Shown here one piece after another: positions 52,501 through 62,835 of a stretch of DNA of 64,000 nt (positions are counted from its first letter, which is position 1; every line of letters begins with the position of its first letter). Where the stretch lies: assembly GCA_977016875.1 (NCBI GenBank), contig CDRNST010000049.1, positions 3,224,001 to 3,288,000 on the forward strand, given 5' to 3'. A program made the translations under genes and the position numbers. The notes under the pieces were generated by a model, which was not told where the DNA came from, made no database searches, and was given only the letters and a program-made list of their open reading frames with translations. Source of the DNA: Pavona decussata (taxonomy: Eukaryota).

Positions 52501-55500
52501 TCTGTTGATAAAACCAGATATTCGTTTCCACTCCCCTGCCAAGGCAACACCAAAGTTTTTTTAAGGAACTAACCCTCTTATCAATCAGTAATAGGCAATG
52601 AATATTGATTGATGTCAGTCAGTTGACTACCAGGCTCAGTCAAGTTATAGTTATTAGTAGATAAGGTCTCTCTTGATTAACCTGCCAACAGCTCAAGATT
52701 GGTGAGACGTTAGTGGAAGAAGAGGAACTTAACGAATATTTCACGAGAGCGCGTTGGATTTTAGATTATAGCTAGCCAACGAGACTATAATCATCTCCTA
52801 TCCAACAAGAGCGAGTGGAACAATTGTTTTATTACAAACAATCAAGAAATATTGCTTAATCTTGCTGTTGTCGTTTTGCAAGAACAACCAGAAGACAATT
52901 TGATAGTGGCTATTTCTAGGGCATGATGTAATGGCTCATATACTACGGCCGCTCACTGCGGGAGCCAATCAAATCTCTGGAATTTCATTATACATGCGAT
53001 GATCCAGTTTTTAATGGCAGTTTTTAACTCGTGAAAGCGCGCATGCGCAATGAACGAGTTATAGCGATGGTGGACTTTTTGACTTGGTTGGTTGGTTGGT
53101 TAGTTCTGTCGTTAACTTTCGGGCATGCGCAGTGAATGAAATTTAAATTCAATTAGTGGGAAAAACACGCAAAAATTTCCTGTTCACAGCGCATCAGGAT
53201 ATTCTCATTCAATCTGTAGAGAATAATTTGACAATCGTTTTAGTGTAAGAATGGAGATTTTTCGTCGAATCTGAGCAAAGTTCTAGGTTTTGTCGTTTTT
53301 TCCACAAACTGCGGCGTCTTTTAAGAATTTAAAATAATTTAATTGAAAAATTCAATTAGTGGAAAAAACACGCGAAAATTTTCTTTTCACGGCGCATCAG
53401 GATATTCTTACTCAGCCTGTAGAGAATAATTTGACAATTATTTTAGTGTAAGAATGGAGATTTCTCGTTGAACCTGAGCAAAGTTATAGGTTTTTCGTTT
53501 TTTTCCACAAAGTGCGGTGGCTTTTAAGAATTTAAAAATAATTGAATTTAACAATAATTGGAATTTAAGAATTTAAAAATAATTGAATTTAACAATAATT
53601 GGATTTAAAAGTAATTAAATTTAAAAATTCAATTACTGAAGTGTCGGCAAGATCTTTGAATAAACAAGACGATTTTTTATAGAGTATTTACGTGACTTGT
53701 GTTAATGTATGTTTAGCACTGGTGGCCTTATTTGTTGTAGGCCTCACCGATTTTTTAACCTATCCTCCCTTCACGATTGAACTAACTGAATAGTTTTACT
53801 CAGAAATATTGCGTGATATTGCGTTGCGCTACTTGAAAGTTTGCCGCCAAAAATTATTTCCCGCCAGAAAATGTCTGGCTGAAAGAAGCACTCTCAACTG
53901 ATAAATTCACTGCTAATCATAACTTTTTGCATACATGAAAACTCGACATCTTTCATCATATTTTTGCTTCTCATACAAAAGTATTATATCAGGTAGATTA
54001 GTTTGCTGAAAAACATTAGTTTGGCTGTCAGTTTTTACGCGAAAGCGGAAAGTGCCATGTCACCCATCAGTGACGTTGTAAACAAAATTATGCAAATTTC
54101 TGGTGAAATGAACAATTTTAGATTTCTTCAGTTTTCATAGAGGTTTCAGAGGAAAAAAATGTTTCATTTTCGCAGTTTACATCTGGTAATTTATGGGAAA
54201 GCAAAAGGACGCGGTCGATGAATTTTCATCAACTGTTTAATACATACCGTGCAGAATTTAGTAAAATGCATGTGTACAGGATCAAAACCTTTTTGGTACG
54301 CGCATTGAATAATGAAGCAAAATACAGACAACTAGCTTTCATTGAAATAATTCTTATTTAGCAAGAGTTAGTCATATTTCAAATTATTTTTACTTGAAGA
54401 TTGCGTGGACTGAACTCCAACGGAAAAATTTCACGCATTTATGCCGCGCATGAAATGTAATGCGGGACTTTGTTCAACAGATTTCCCTTCGTGAGATCAG
54501 CTCGAGCAAAGTAGCCTGCGTAGCTGGCGGTTTTTATGGGTGGGCTCACCGGAAAGCCGGGCACGAGGGCCGAAAAGATTTTTTAGTGCAAGAATGGTTA
54601 TTTCTCGTTACATAATCGGGCAAAGATATAATTTCTTTTAGCTTTCAAGGAAGTGTCCATAGCCGTCTTAATTTCAATTACTGATGTGTCATCTGCATTC
54701 ACGAGTTGGCTCACAGGAGCCTTTGATTATACTAGAGGACGCATTAGCCGTCTGGACGGACTTAGGCAGGTATTCCCAGTTCGTCTGGCTATTCGTTTGT
54801 AGTATAAAGACGGGCACAAGACGCATTCTGCGTCTGGACGAACTATTTTTCGTTGTGCGTCGTTCCGAGACGAACAACGGAAGATAGTTCGTCCACACGC
54901 ATAATGCGTCTTGTGCCCGTCTTTATACGAGAGATAAATAAATAAAACATGATATATTGATAAAAAAAACACACAATTTCAATCAATTCAAGTCACTTAA
55001 CTCAGTTTGTGTCTTTGAAATAATTTTTATAAAGCAACGGAGTGTGCTTTTCTACACCCGAATGTCGGTTTCCGCAGTGATTCCAACGCTAACTGAATTA
55101 GCGACTCACCTGAACAACCAAATACATATAACTTGATACAGGTGTCTTGGTAAGGAAATGTTACTGTGTTAAGGCGAAGATATCTTGCTGCTGCAGGTCT
55201 ACTTTTGTACTTTATCCTCCTCGACGGTGATGTCTTGTCAGGCTAAAACAGGTAAAATACAAGAGAAAGAGAAAAAGTAGTAATAAAGATACTTTAAGAT
55301 GATTAAAACCGGCTTAAAAGTGCCAGAAAATAATAAGACTGTGATTCAAACTTAAGACTGACTCTATATAACAAAGATATTTGGGAGAAAATGCTTTAAC
55401 AAGGGAAACAAACAGGAAATGCCCAATCGAGGTGCTTATCATGGCTGCAAAAGTTAATACGTACTTAGCATGTTTCTGTATCGAATCAGGAATGTACGTA

Positions 55501-56053
55501 CAAACTGTAATAAAATGAAATGTACGAGATTTCCTATAGTCAAAAGTCACATTGTAAATGTAAAATAAAAGATAATTGCAAAAGCATTGCACCCTAAAAA
55601 CCGTTTTTAAAACTCGTCCTTACTAGGAATGCTTATGCGAAGTTATTACTTCAAGCTGTTTGACTTGATCCTCGTCGCGCCTATGCGGCAGATAATTATA
55701 AGCCTTATAAGGTTCACTTCAAGAAGTTTGCAAGGAGTGTTTTACGGTGATAATAGACTGTACTCAGCTCTCACTCTCGTTGATTACTTTCTTGTTAATA
55801 GTGCTTAGATGTAATATATAAAAATATAGCTTACGTATAATTGTGTCCATCTATTTCTATCCAAACTGTATTGAGCGTTAACCCAATTCTCATGCATTCT
55901 TCCGGCTCCATTCGGCCCATTGAAATAGTCCAGTTCGACTCTTGAAATGAAGCGTGGATACATGAGATCAAACACAAGATAGCCCCTTTGTCTGGGTACA
56001 CACCATTTTATATCCGAGCCAGTCCCATCTGGTCCATAGTTTTTAGTGTGACT
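27311..56053 (-). CDS. Cell-surface protein: 3x F5/8 type C (discoidin) + ~5 Ig-like domains + Ser/Thr stalk + GPI-anchor signal; open path of 20 exons (~1196 aa), 5' end unresolved, may be a decaying pseudogene
   Basis: Phase-consistent GT-AG exons: 55835-56053, 55110-55242, 52180-52313, 50620-50829, 49551-49698, 46586-46780, 45536-45687, 43976-44117, 41383-41542, 39997-40193, 38861-38929, 38286-38417, 37215-37478, 35683-36021, 34526-34813, 33431-33595, 32034-32171, 30799-30908, 28661-28880, 27311-27486. The third discoidin domain is canonical (CNAALGMESKKIRDSQITGS..ARNARLN..GWC..EYLEIDL..FATQG..WVTGYVIQYSLD..IRARYVRFIPVTW..ICMRVEIYGC). The first two are divergent (ARYLRL..CIKLYVFGC; IYARHF..CLALDIFG). 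Ig motifs: IAWYK..LEIEKMTTEDLGTYRVTV; VDWYHNG..DTAGAYRIVA; VKGGTPKP..EWRKG..LIIKNLKASDTGDYTFTV. The C-terminus is SRGSISYQAWTAMLLHIQSVILALYYLYY*. The junctions around 39.7-41.5 kb are the least certain. Confidence 0.75.
28047..28300 (-). mobile_element. Partial reverse copy of the 5576-6253 MITE family (empty site for the nested insertion)
   Basis: The reverse complement aligns by eye with 5650-6130 across the insertion point (..CGCCCTACCTGATTGGTTCACTTTACTGACGATTCGCAGCG..). Confidence 0.85.
29605..29720 (+). repeat. tRNA-derived SINE-like repeat / pseudo-tRNA
   Basis: Acceptor-like stem CTCCTAT/ATAGGAG, A box TAGCTTAGTGG, B box GGTTCGACTCC. The anticodon arm is irregular (8-nt loop, extra bases) and it continues into a non-tRNA tail CACTCGGATTTCCTTTTTCCGA. 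Confidence 0.75.
30140..30510 (-). mobile_element. 5'-truncated LINE (L2/CR1/Crack-type) 3' end
   Basis: The minus strand reads YNTRRKNDFRLPRVRTNYGKKTLLYQGIKEWNLLEQSFKDIKSFLIFKQRIKE, the typical ORF2 C-terminus, followed by a 3' UTR and a (TAT)n tail. Confidence 0.85.
32860..32970 (-). repeat. tRNA-derived repeat fragment; related fragments at ~34130-34260, ~57750-58085 and ~59225-59381
   Basis: Reverse B-box-like GGGATTCGAATCC / GGATTTGAACCC together with the CAGGCTTGAA and GCTCTAC motifs shared among copies. Confidence 0.65.
38061..38247. mobile_element. Harbinger-like palindromic MITE
   Basis: GGCCTGTTCCAAACG..TGCTA.TGCCGTGCCG / CGGCACGGCAATAGCA..CGTTTGGAACAGGCC with TTA/TAA flanks. Confidence 0.85.
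40795..41167. mobile_element. Tc1/mariner-type MITE (CCGT..ATAAGCC family); degenerate relative at ~22520-22770
   Basis: TA+CCGTTA ... TTTACGG+TA; the interior CCCCCTCTAGTTTTGTT.GTGTT.T.AGTTTTAATTTTGTTCCAAATATTGACG is shared with the 22.5 kb copy. Confidence 0.75.
41770..42012 (-). pseudogene. Ig-like exon of the discoidin-Ig locus carrying an in-frame TGA
   Basis: A 243-nt phase 1-1 AG/GT segment reads VPANSFHLDSVGLALKAGLPFVEVCDAF..FHWPDYIDVRMREVLVYR*AVKRDHCIHEIYL..; the stop at 41831-41833 sits in a Y-x-C-like position. Confidence 0.5.
42058..42298. mobile_element. PIF/Harbinger-like MITE, CTG TSD
   Basis: GGCCCAGTTATTCAAAGCCCGATTAAG ... GCTTTCGAACAC..ACTGGCCC, CTG at 42055-42057 and 42299-42301. 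Confidence 0.8.
46026..46320. mobile_element. Hairpin-containing non-autonomous repeat (Crypton-like family); second copy at ~52733-53015
   Basis: AACAATTATTCCAC..GCG.GTTG.GTATGAGATGAT..ATAGCCAAC ... GTTGGCTATAATCATCTCATA.CAACAAGCG.GAGTGGAATAATTGTT palindrome (46026-46140) plus a shared tail ending GATCCAGTTTTTAAT. The superfamily assignment is from memory. Confidence 0.7.
47506..48327. mobile_element. Kolobok-like non-autonomous DNA transposon
   Basis: Right end TGATCATAGTAGCACT+TTAA, degenerate left end CTACTATGACGAAA; other TTAA+RG ends of Kolobok-like type occur at ~31627, ~51545, ~51568 and ~61920. Confidence 0.6.
49450..49501. repeat. (GAT)n microsatellite
   Basis: Read directly. Confidence 0.95.
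51202..51369. repeat. Perfect 54-bp inverted repeat with 60-bp spacer
   Basis: 51202-51255 is the exact reverse complement of 51316-51369. Confidence 0.95.
52433..52575 (+). mobile_element. Penelope-like element terminal fragment with a degenerate hammerhead-type core
   Basis: CTCTGACG-CTAATGCTTGAAACGTCAACTTTCGAATCTCCGTACGGTGG..ATCAACTCTGTTGATAAAACCA resembles the abundant anthozoan CTGACGAAGGGCTAACGCTCGAAACGTCAGC repeat, with an internal deletion. Confidence 0.6.
53140..53636. repeat. Tandem duplication, ~200-bp unit x2 plus a ~43-bp duplication
   Basis: AATTCAATTAGTGG.AAAAACACGC.AAAATTT..T.TTCAC.GCGCATCAGGATATTCT.. recurs at ~53147 and ~53349; TTTAAGAATTTAAAAATAATTGAATTTAACAATAATTGG occurs twice. 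Confidence 0.85.
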
Positions 56054-56226
56054 CTGCATTTCAAATAAAACCATTTCAGATTGGTTATTCGGGTGGTGCG
56101 GTGGGAGCAAGGGGAAGGGGATGGGGTGGAGTGTGTGTTTTGAGGGATGTGATGTACCCTGTGGGGGGGGGGGGTGTTCCTTCCATAGTCGGGAATAATG
56201 ATTTATATCAAGCTACGTTATTTTAC

Positions 56227-56700
56227 CGTTATCCATTATGGAAAATTTTCAAAACTTCAGTGCATATTAAACTATCAACAAGACTGGAAACCCCTACACT
56301 TGACGTTAGTGCAAACTGGCGCAGTGTTATCTAGGCTTGATTGTATGCTAAATTAACATTTTTCACGACGTGTTAAAATTTGAAACTGTTTAATGAACAA
56401 TTTTTCTGAAAACACTAATTCCAATTTTTTAGAGCATGTTTCCGTGACATACATGTGCAGTTTGTTCAGAGAAAAGTAGCAGTCTTCAAATGACAAATAT
56501 TAATTTAAAAAAAGTCAGTACTAAAAACTGCTTACCTAAAATACTCAGACACTGATCAATTGTGAGTAGTGTAGCTGATCTAACAACAAGTAGTCACCTT
56601 TTTTAGGCCGTTGCTCCCAAATTTTCCGTGAAGTTTGACAGACGTGATTATACACTGCACAGTTACATGGAGACTCGAAAGCCTCAATGTTGGCTTTATA
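56227..56700 (-). pseudogene. Probable damaged first two exons and TATA box of the discoidin-Ig gene
   Basis: TATAAA (minus strand) at 56695-56700. An exon ending at the strong donor AG|GTAAGC (56536) reads LLVVRSATLLTIDQCLSIL but has no ATG (AAAAAAG-GTG-A instead). The 67-nt segment 56227-56293 reads GVSSLVDSLICTEVLKIFHNG* and is one base short of joining the next exon in frame. Confidence 0.4.
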
Positions 56701-59700
56701 GAACTACCAAAAACATTTCCAGTCCTAAAACCTATTTCGCGTTCACTAACAGAAATTCGACTTTTTAAAGCTTAATACTTTCAAAGTTTGCCTTATTAAG
56801 AACCACCTTTGCCTACTTTGAATTAAAGAAAATCACACCAGTCAATTGGTCAACTTGTTTTATTTAGATATAGGTATAAATGCGGACTGAAACTATTGCA
56901 AGGTACTCCCTTTGTCCTCTATACAGCCGCTATTTCTCGCGATGTTCTGGTCCCTACCAATTGGATAGGAAAGATAAACAAATTGCAAACACTTTTACGA
57001 AATCAAACTAAGAAGAATCGACGCTTCAGATGGCACATCCCCATACATGTGCTAACTAAGTTGGTAATATAAATGAAAAATTGTAAAGAGGTAGCTGTTA
57101 GCGGGTGTGGCATGTAGTTAAGGTTCAGTGTTCTTTCTCTTCCCTAAGATCTCTTCCCATGATAACCTCCATATCATGATTGAAAATCCTTTGTTCAAAA
57201 TGGCTAACTTACGACAGAGTCTAAGGTCGCCATCCAGTATTTTACGTCAATTGGCTGGACATAATGACAATTAGCTGTGGAAACAAGAAGCCAAGAATCA
57301 ACAGAGTAGAAAAACATTCACATTTACTATATACTTGTTTTGATTTGCAAAAAGTAGCGTTTTGACATGAAATATCATAATACAATTATAATGTATTATA
57401 CCATAGTGAAAAATAAGGTCATTAAGCTCGTTACTTGGTTATATTTTTTCCTAAAGCTAAAATTAGGTATGTTTTTAAAGGTTATGTTTTTGCTATGATG
57501 ACCTACTCAGGCAAAAAATGGCCATAACCCGCTTATTAATGTTCCGGCATTTGTTTAATACTGTTATTGTGGTATCCGCTGGTAAAGAGCGGGAGTGATG
57601 ATCGATCAAATTATAGCTCAAGGGAATGCTGAAAATCGTATTGAGGAATCTTTTTTCAGAAAGAGGGCGAGCGTGAGAATGTGTTATCTAGTTAACACTA
57701 CTAGAGCTCTTCTCCGAACGGAGAAAATTGCTATGAATATGAATGTATATGAAACATATATTTGGACTGCAGGTGACAGATTAAATAGACGAAAGACCAT
57801 TGCAGTTATTTTTGCAACTTAAACATTTGCAGAAAGAAATTCTGGAAAAAAATTAGGCTTGAACGGCAATCGAACGCATCACCTCTTCGACGGCTGAGCT
57901 ATCAAGCCAACGGCGAGCTGGTCATATTGTGAGTTCGTAAATAAATATACCCGTGAAGAATGAATAAATAAATATGAATATATAAACATAATATTTGAAC
58001 TGAGGGTAACAGATTAAATAGAAGAAATACCCTCGCAGTTGTTTGAGCATATTATACAGTTACGAAAAGAAAGCCTGAAAAAAAGTAAGACGCCCTTTAA
58101 AGTGTTTATGAGGAATCTTTCCGTCAATGAAAACATTAGCTTTGAACAGCTGATTACCTGTTGACTGAGTTCGATAATGTTGATTGCACAAAACCTTGAC
58201 GTTTTAGTAGTTAGTTATCAATCGATTTTATTAGCTGTTAACGATACCGTGACTCAAGAGTAACAGCAATCTGACAGATACCGAAAATTCTATCGTGGTT
58301 GCATGTTCGCGTGCATGTGAAATATAAGAATAAGCTTCTTTTTTTTTCAGTTGTTGAGTGGTGAGATAGATGGCGAGCCAGAACTGAGTTGCGGTGAATC
58401 ACCTAAGTGGACGTTAAGTCTGAATAAACAGGGATTTATAGTGTTCTTTTCTCCCATTTTTATTTCGTAGGGAATACCGTTATTGGAGGTGGGAATTTCC
58501 CATAGAATCTTTTTCTGTTTGACGGTTGTTTTGTGACGAAGGCATTTACAACTCTTCGGTTGCTCGCAGGACGTTTTCGTGTTCTTGCGCTAGTAATCAA
58601 AACGTGATTATTTTAGGTTCGAGCAGACGCTTAAACGTTTTCACTGCATGGAAGAATTTTGTTCAAACCATGTACTGTAATACAAGCATAATTACTTGAA
58701 GAGCTGGGCCAAACGACCTCGAAGCGCCTAAAGAAATATGCGAAAAAGCGCTCCAACCACTCATCCCAAGTGGATTTCAACAAAATTAAAGACAAATCCG
58801 CATGCAAGACAAGCAAAGCTGTTACACACAGACAATACAGTCAATAAAGCTTGCACACTTACAACAAATTGCTTAACAACAGCTGAACAAAAGCATGTAT
58901 TAGTCCTTTCTTTGTTCAACTTCAAAACGGTTCTCCGCGCTAAACTAACCAAGCCAACCGAAGCTTTGACTCGTGACTATCTGACGTCACACAAGAAGGG
59001 ATGAGTCGGTCCCCTCCCTCCTGACATACGCGAAGATAATGATTCTGATTGGGCCGTTTTTGTTGAAGACAGTGAGAACAATAGACAACCAAGGTATTCC
59101 TTCGCAGACAGTACAGGGTTTAAGCCAGGTTTAATTAATTTATTCATTACAATTACGATGAAGAAGAATACGACGAAGAAACCAATGAATCTTGACGCGG
59201 TCTGCCCCAGGGCATCCCGCGTAAAAATTCAGGCTTGAACGAGATTCAAACCTATGAACGCTGCAAAGGCGATGCAGTGCTCTACTAACTGAGCTATCAA
59301 GCTAACAGGGAGCTGGTAATATTGTGCTAACAAACAAACTAGCCATCTCCCAGTTGGCTTGATAGCTCAGTTGGTAGAGCAGCAAATGGACTGATAGCGG
59401 CAGTCATTGGCTGCCGCTATCAGTTTTCAGGCGAAATAATGTGAAACGGACACGTCTGTTGCCCGTTCGTCCAGACCATCATCATTAACATCATCCTCTG
59501 CACGAAACATGTTCACTTTTAGTTGACCAACTTTGTTGTTATGACACGTGACATATACCAAGCCCAATTTGTCACATTTCTTTTGATTGAAATTTACAAC
59601 AGTTTAAGAAAATGAACTACCTTCTGTCAATGATTTTTGGCCAAGGGTCTAATGAACTAATCGGGCTTTCTGAAAGCTGAGACGTTTATAGTTTGGAGAG

Positions 59701-60353
59701 GTATTTATTATTACCAAACGGGATAGCGAGTTATTACAATTACGATAGCTCGTGTTTTTACCAGTTGCGACAAAGTGTTAGTACAATTAATGCGACATGT
59801 ATGTTATTGAAACACGGCAAGCGTTATTACAATGCTGCATATAACGCAATTCACGACAGCTGTTATTACAATTCACGACAGTTTTTATTACAATTTACGC
59901 AGTTTACACACTTGTCGCAATAGATGAAAGAGGTGCACCAGAAGCAGAAAATTAAAACTGTTGATTCCGTCCCTACTTTGTAAAACAAATTAGGGACGCT
60001 GCCTCTCTTTACTGGGCGCGGAGCCGTTAATGCTATTTTGAGGCCTGATGACACATTTATATTTAAATGGTAAAGAAATGTCAAATCAGCTTTAAAAATA
60101 CTGTTTTTACTGTTTCCTCTGGAAGAATCTTCTTAAGGCGATATAACTGCAATAACTGCAAGCGCTATAGATTTAATCAGACAGTCTACATTAACGAAAA
60201 TGGGGCAACGAAACTTGGTGGATCGCAGTTGTGAAAAATTCGGGGAAATTTTTGAAACATCATCGTTCAACCATCTGCGCTTCTTGAGAAGAATCGTGTT
60301 ATCTCCAACTGAACTTACAGACGTAAGTTAAACTTTCGCTTTGCATATAGAAC

Positions 60354-61277
60354 TTGGAAAGTGACTGGACTTCTAGAAATTTTTGTGATCACTGTTCCGT
60401 TACAATGAAGGGAGCCGAAGAATTCTCTTCGTCCACGTCTATTGTTAATATCGTTTTCAACGCTTTCTTATGTTATACCGCCATCATGTTGAACGGTATC
60501 ACAATCCACGCCGTAAGAAAAACTTCATCGTTACCAAAGCCTTTGAAAACATTGCTCCTGAGTCTGGCTGTTTCTGATCTTGGTGTTGGATTACTGGTTC
60601 ATCCTTTATACATTACAATTCTTGCCATGTGGTTGGAACAAAACGATGAAATTAATACAGCAGTTGCCTTCAAGATTTTCATGACTTTTTTATCGTATGC
60701 TTCGTGTTTTGGTATGCTGGCGCTAGCTGTTGACAGATTCTTGGCCATTCATCTTCATCTCAGATATCAGGAGTTTGTGACTCACAAGCGCGTTGTTGCT
60801 GTGGTGATCTCAATAATGGCCTTCAGCTTATTTCTTTCGTCTGTTCTTTGGTGGATCCCGCAAGATAAGCATATAATTTATAGTTCTGTTGAAATTATCT
60901 GTTACGTAATTCTCGCCATACTTTACTGCAAGATCTATTCAACTGTTCGACGCCACAGAAATCAAATTCAATCCCTACAAGTGCAGCAAGACGAAGGACA
61001 GAATCACGAAATGATGGCGAATTTTGCGAGGCTTGTAAAATTAGCGCTCGGTACATTTTACGTTTATCTGGTGTTTTTGCTTTGTTATCTTCCATTGACT
61101 TGCGTTAAGATTGTTATGATCATCTCTGGATTTAACACAACTACATGGCATATTTTTCATTACTCTTGGACGATGGTGTTTCTAAATTCATCGCTAAACC
61201 CTTTGATTTACTGCTGGAGGATGAGACATATTCGACATGCTGTCATCAACATAATACAAAATATCTTTCCTTGTTAG
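60354..61277 (+). CDS. Class A (rhodopsin-like) GPCR of the cnidarian-expanded melanocortin/adenosine-receptor-like group; single coding exon; first ATG at 60405
   Basis: Seven hydrophobic segments with TM1 N (IMLNGITI), TM2 LAVSDLGVG, TM3 LAVDRFLAIHLHLRY, TM5 YCKIY, TM6 LCYLP and TM7 NSSLNPLIYCWR. Confidence 0.95.
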   Translation: MESDWTSRNFCDHCSVTMKGAEEFSSSTSIVNIVFNAFLCYTAIMLNGITIHAVRKTSSLPKPLKTLLLSLAVSDLGVGLLVHPLYITILAMWLEQNDEINTAVAFKIFMTFLSYASCFGMLALAVDRFLAIHLHLRYQEFVTHKRVVAVVISIMAFSLFLSSVLWWIPQDKHIIYSSVEIICYVILAILYCKIYSTVRRHRNQIQSLQVQQDEGQNHEMMANFARLVKLALGTFYVYLVFLLCYLPLTCVKIVMIISGFNTTTWHIFHYSWTMVFLNSSLNPLIYCWRMRHIRHAVINIIQNIFPC

Positions 61278-62063
61278 AGTTGGAACCTGTGCTAACGGTT
61301 TCTTTAATTCCTAAACTAAAAACAAAACTTGATCACATGATCTCTGGACTTTGGTCTACCAAAAGTTATCGATAACAGACCCAAGGGATCTTTTAATATA
61401 TAGATAATCTGGGCACAACAGATGGTAAACATCCCTACCTAGAGATGAACGAAATTTCTTCGAGTATTGTACCTGTGACACAACTGTTTTCTAAAGTCAA
61501 GTCAAGTAATAAATTATCCAATTCTATGTCGCGAACTCTGCGTACTTTTAGAAAAAATATTGTTGTTGTTTTGTTTTTTGTTTTTGCATCTTTCTGTAAA
61601 TATTTGGCAGCGAACAGCAATCTTAAGAGATGCTCAGGAAGAGTCTGTTCCATAAGTACAACAACACAATGCATTGGACGAGGCCGCTTATCCTTAGCAG
61701 ATGACATGAGGATGTTTTACCGTTCCCCTCATTTTAAGAATTTTAAGAAGCTTGGTACGCAATACCTTCTTCAATTGTATGGTGTAAAAAAATTTTAAAG
61801 AGTTCAATTTTGATCTTCTATTCATCTATGTAGAATGACTAGGACACGCGCCCTCTGGATGAAAGTGCTTTTTACACAATTGTCACAATAAATGAAAAAA
61901 GCACGCACAAAAACAGAACTTAAAGGCCAGTATTTTAAACTTTTTATAATACTATTCGTGGCTTATCTTTTTAAAACTCTTATTCATGTAACTTGTCAGT
62001 TAACTTCTTTTGCTGGATATTAGCATTTTATTTCTTGGGTTATTATTGTTTTTTCCTTCTTCG

Positions 62064-62835
62064 CATATATCAGCATATTTAATTACCCTTTTTCGGTTGC
62101 ACGACCAATCGGTTTGACAGTGATGTCATTTAAGTCTTGCTATTGGCTTGATTAAAATGTATTAAATAAGAAAAGTCACTTCGCTATCAGTTAAAAACGT
62201 GTATAATATCTTTGCCTGTGGTGTTTGCTTGGTATAGAGTTTACCTGTTTGTTCTCGTTAAAATCAACTTCAAAGTTGTGCCAAATTTATACCTTCACTT
62301 TCCGGCGCTGGAGAAACCAAAAATCCGATCCCTTGAAACTCGAAAAAACTTAAAATATCGGATAAAGCTGATTCAGGTTTTAGTGTAAGGACATAAAGGT
62401 CTTTGCCATGTCCGATATATCAGCATATTTAATTGCTACTCGATCTATAAATCCAAATAGTTATGAGATAACCTACCTACAGCTGCGTTGGTTTGTTTGA
62501 AAAACACCCTCTCACTTTTAAAAAATGCCGCAGTAATTTGACCCATTTTCTGTTGTTTGATCAATCAATTTGACAGCCGGTGATATTAAAGTCTTCCCCT
62601 TAGCCTGAGCCTGATTCCAACTTAATAAACACAAAAGTCACTTTAAAATTAAACTTTAGAATAACTTTTAGTGTGGTGTTTGTTTCGTATATAGCCGGTC
62701 CTTCTTGAATTCACCTTGAAAGTTGTGCCAAATTTAAATCTTAACAAGAAGCCGTCACGCGCATTCGCTCGAGAATCCAAAACCCCTTGAAACTCCAAAA
62801 ACTTAAAAGATTCGATCAAGTAGATTTAGGTTTTG
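62064..62835. repeat. Degenerate tandem duplication (~350-400-bp unit x2)
   Basis: ATATATCAGCATATTTAATT, AAAAGTCACTT, TGTGGTGTTTG.TT.GTATA, AAAGTTGTGCCAAATTTA and CCCTTGAAACTC..AAAACTTAAAA each occur twice in the same order. Confidence 0.75.
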
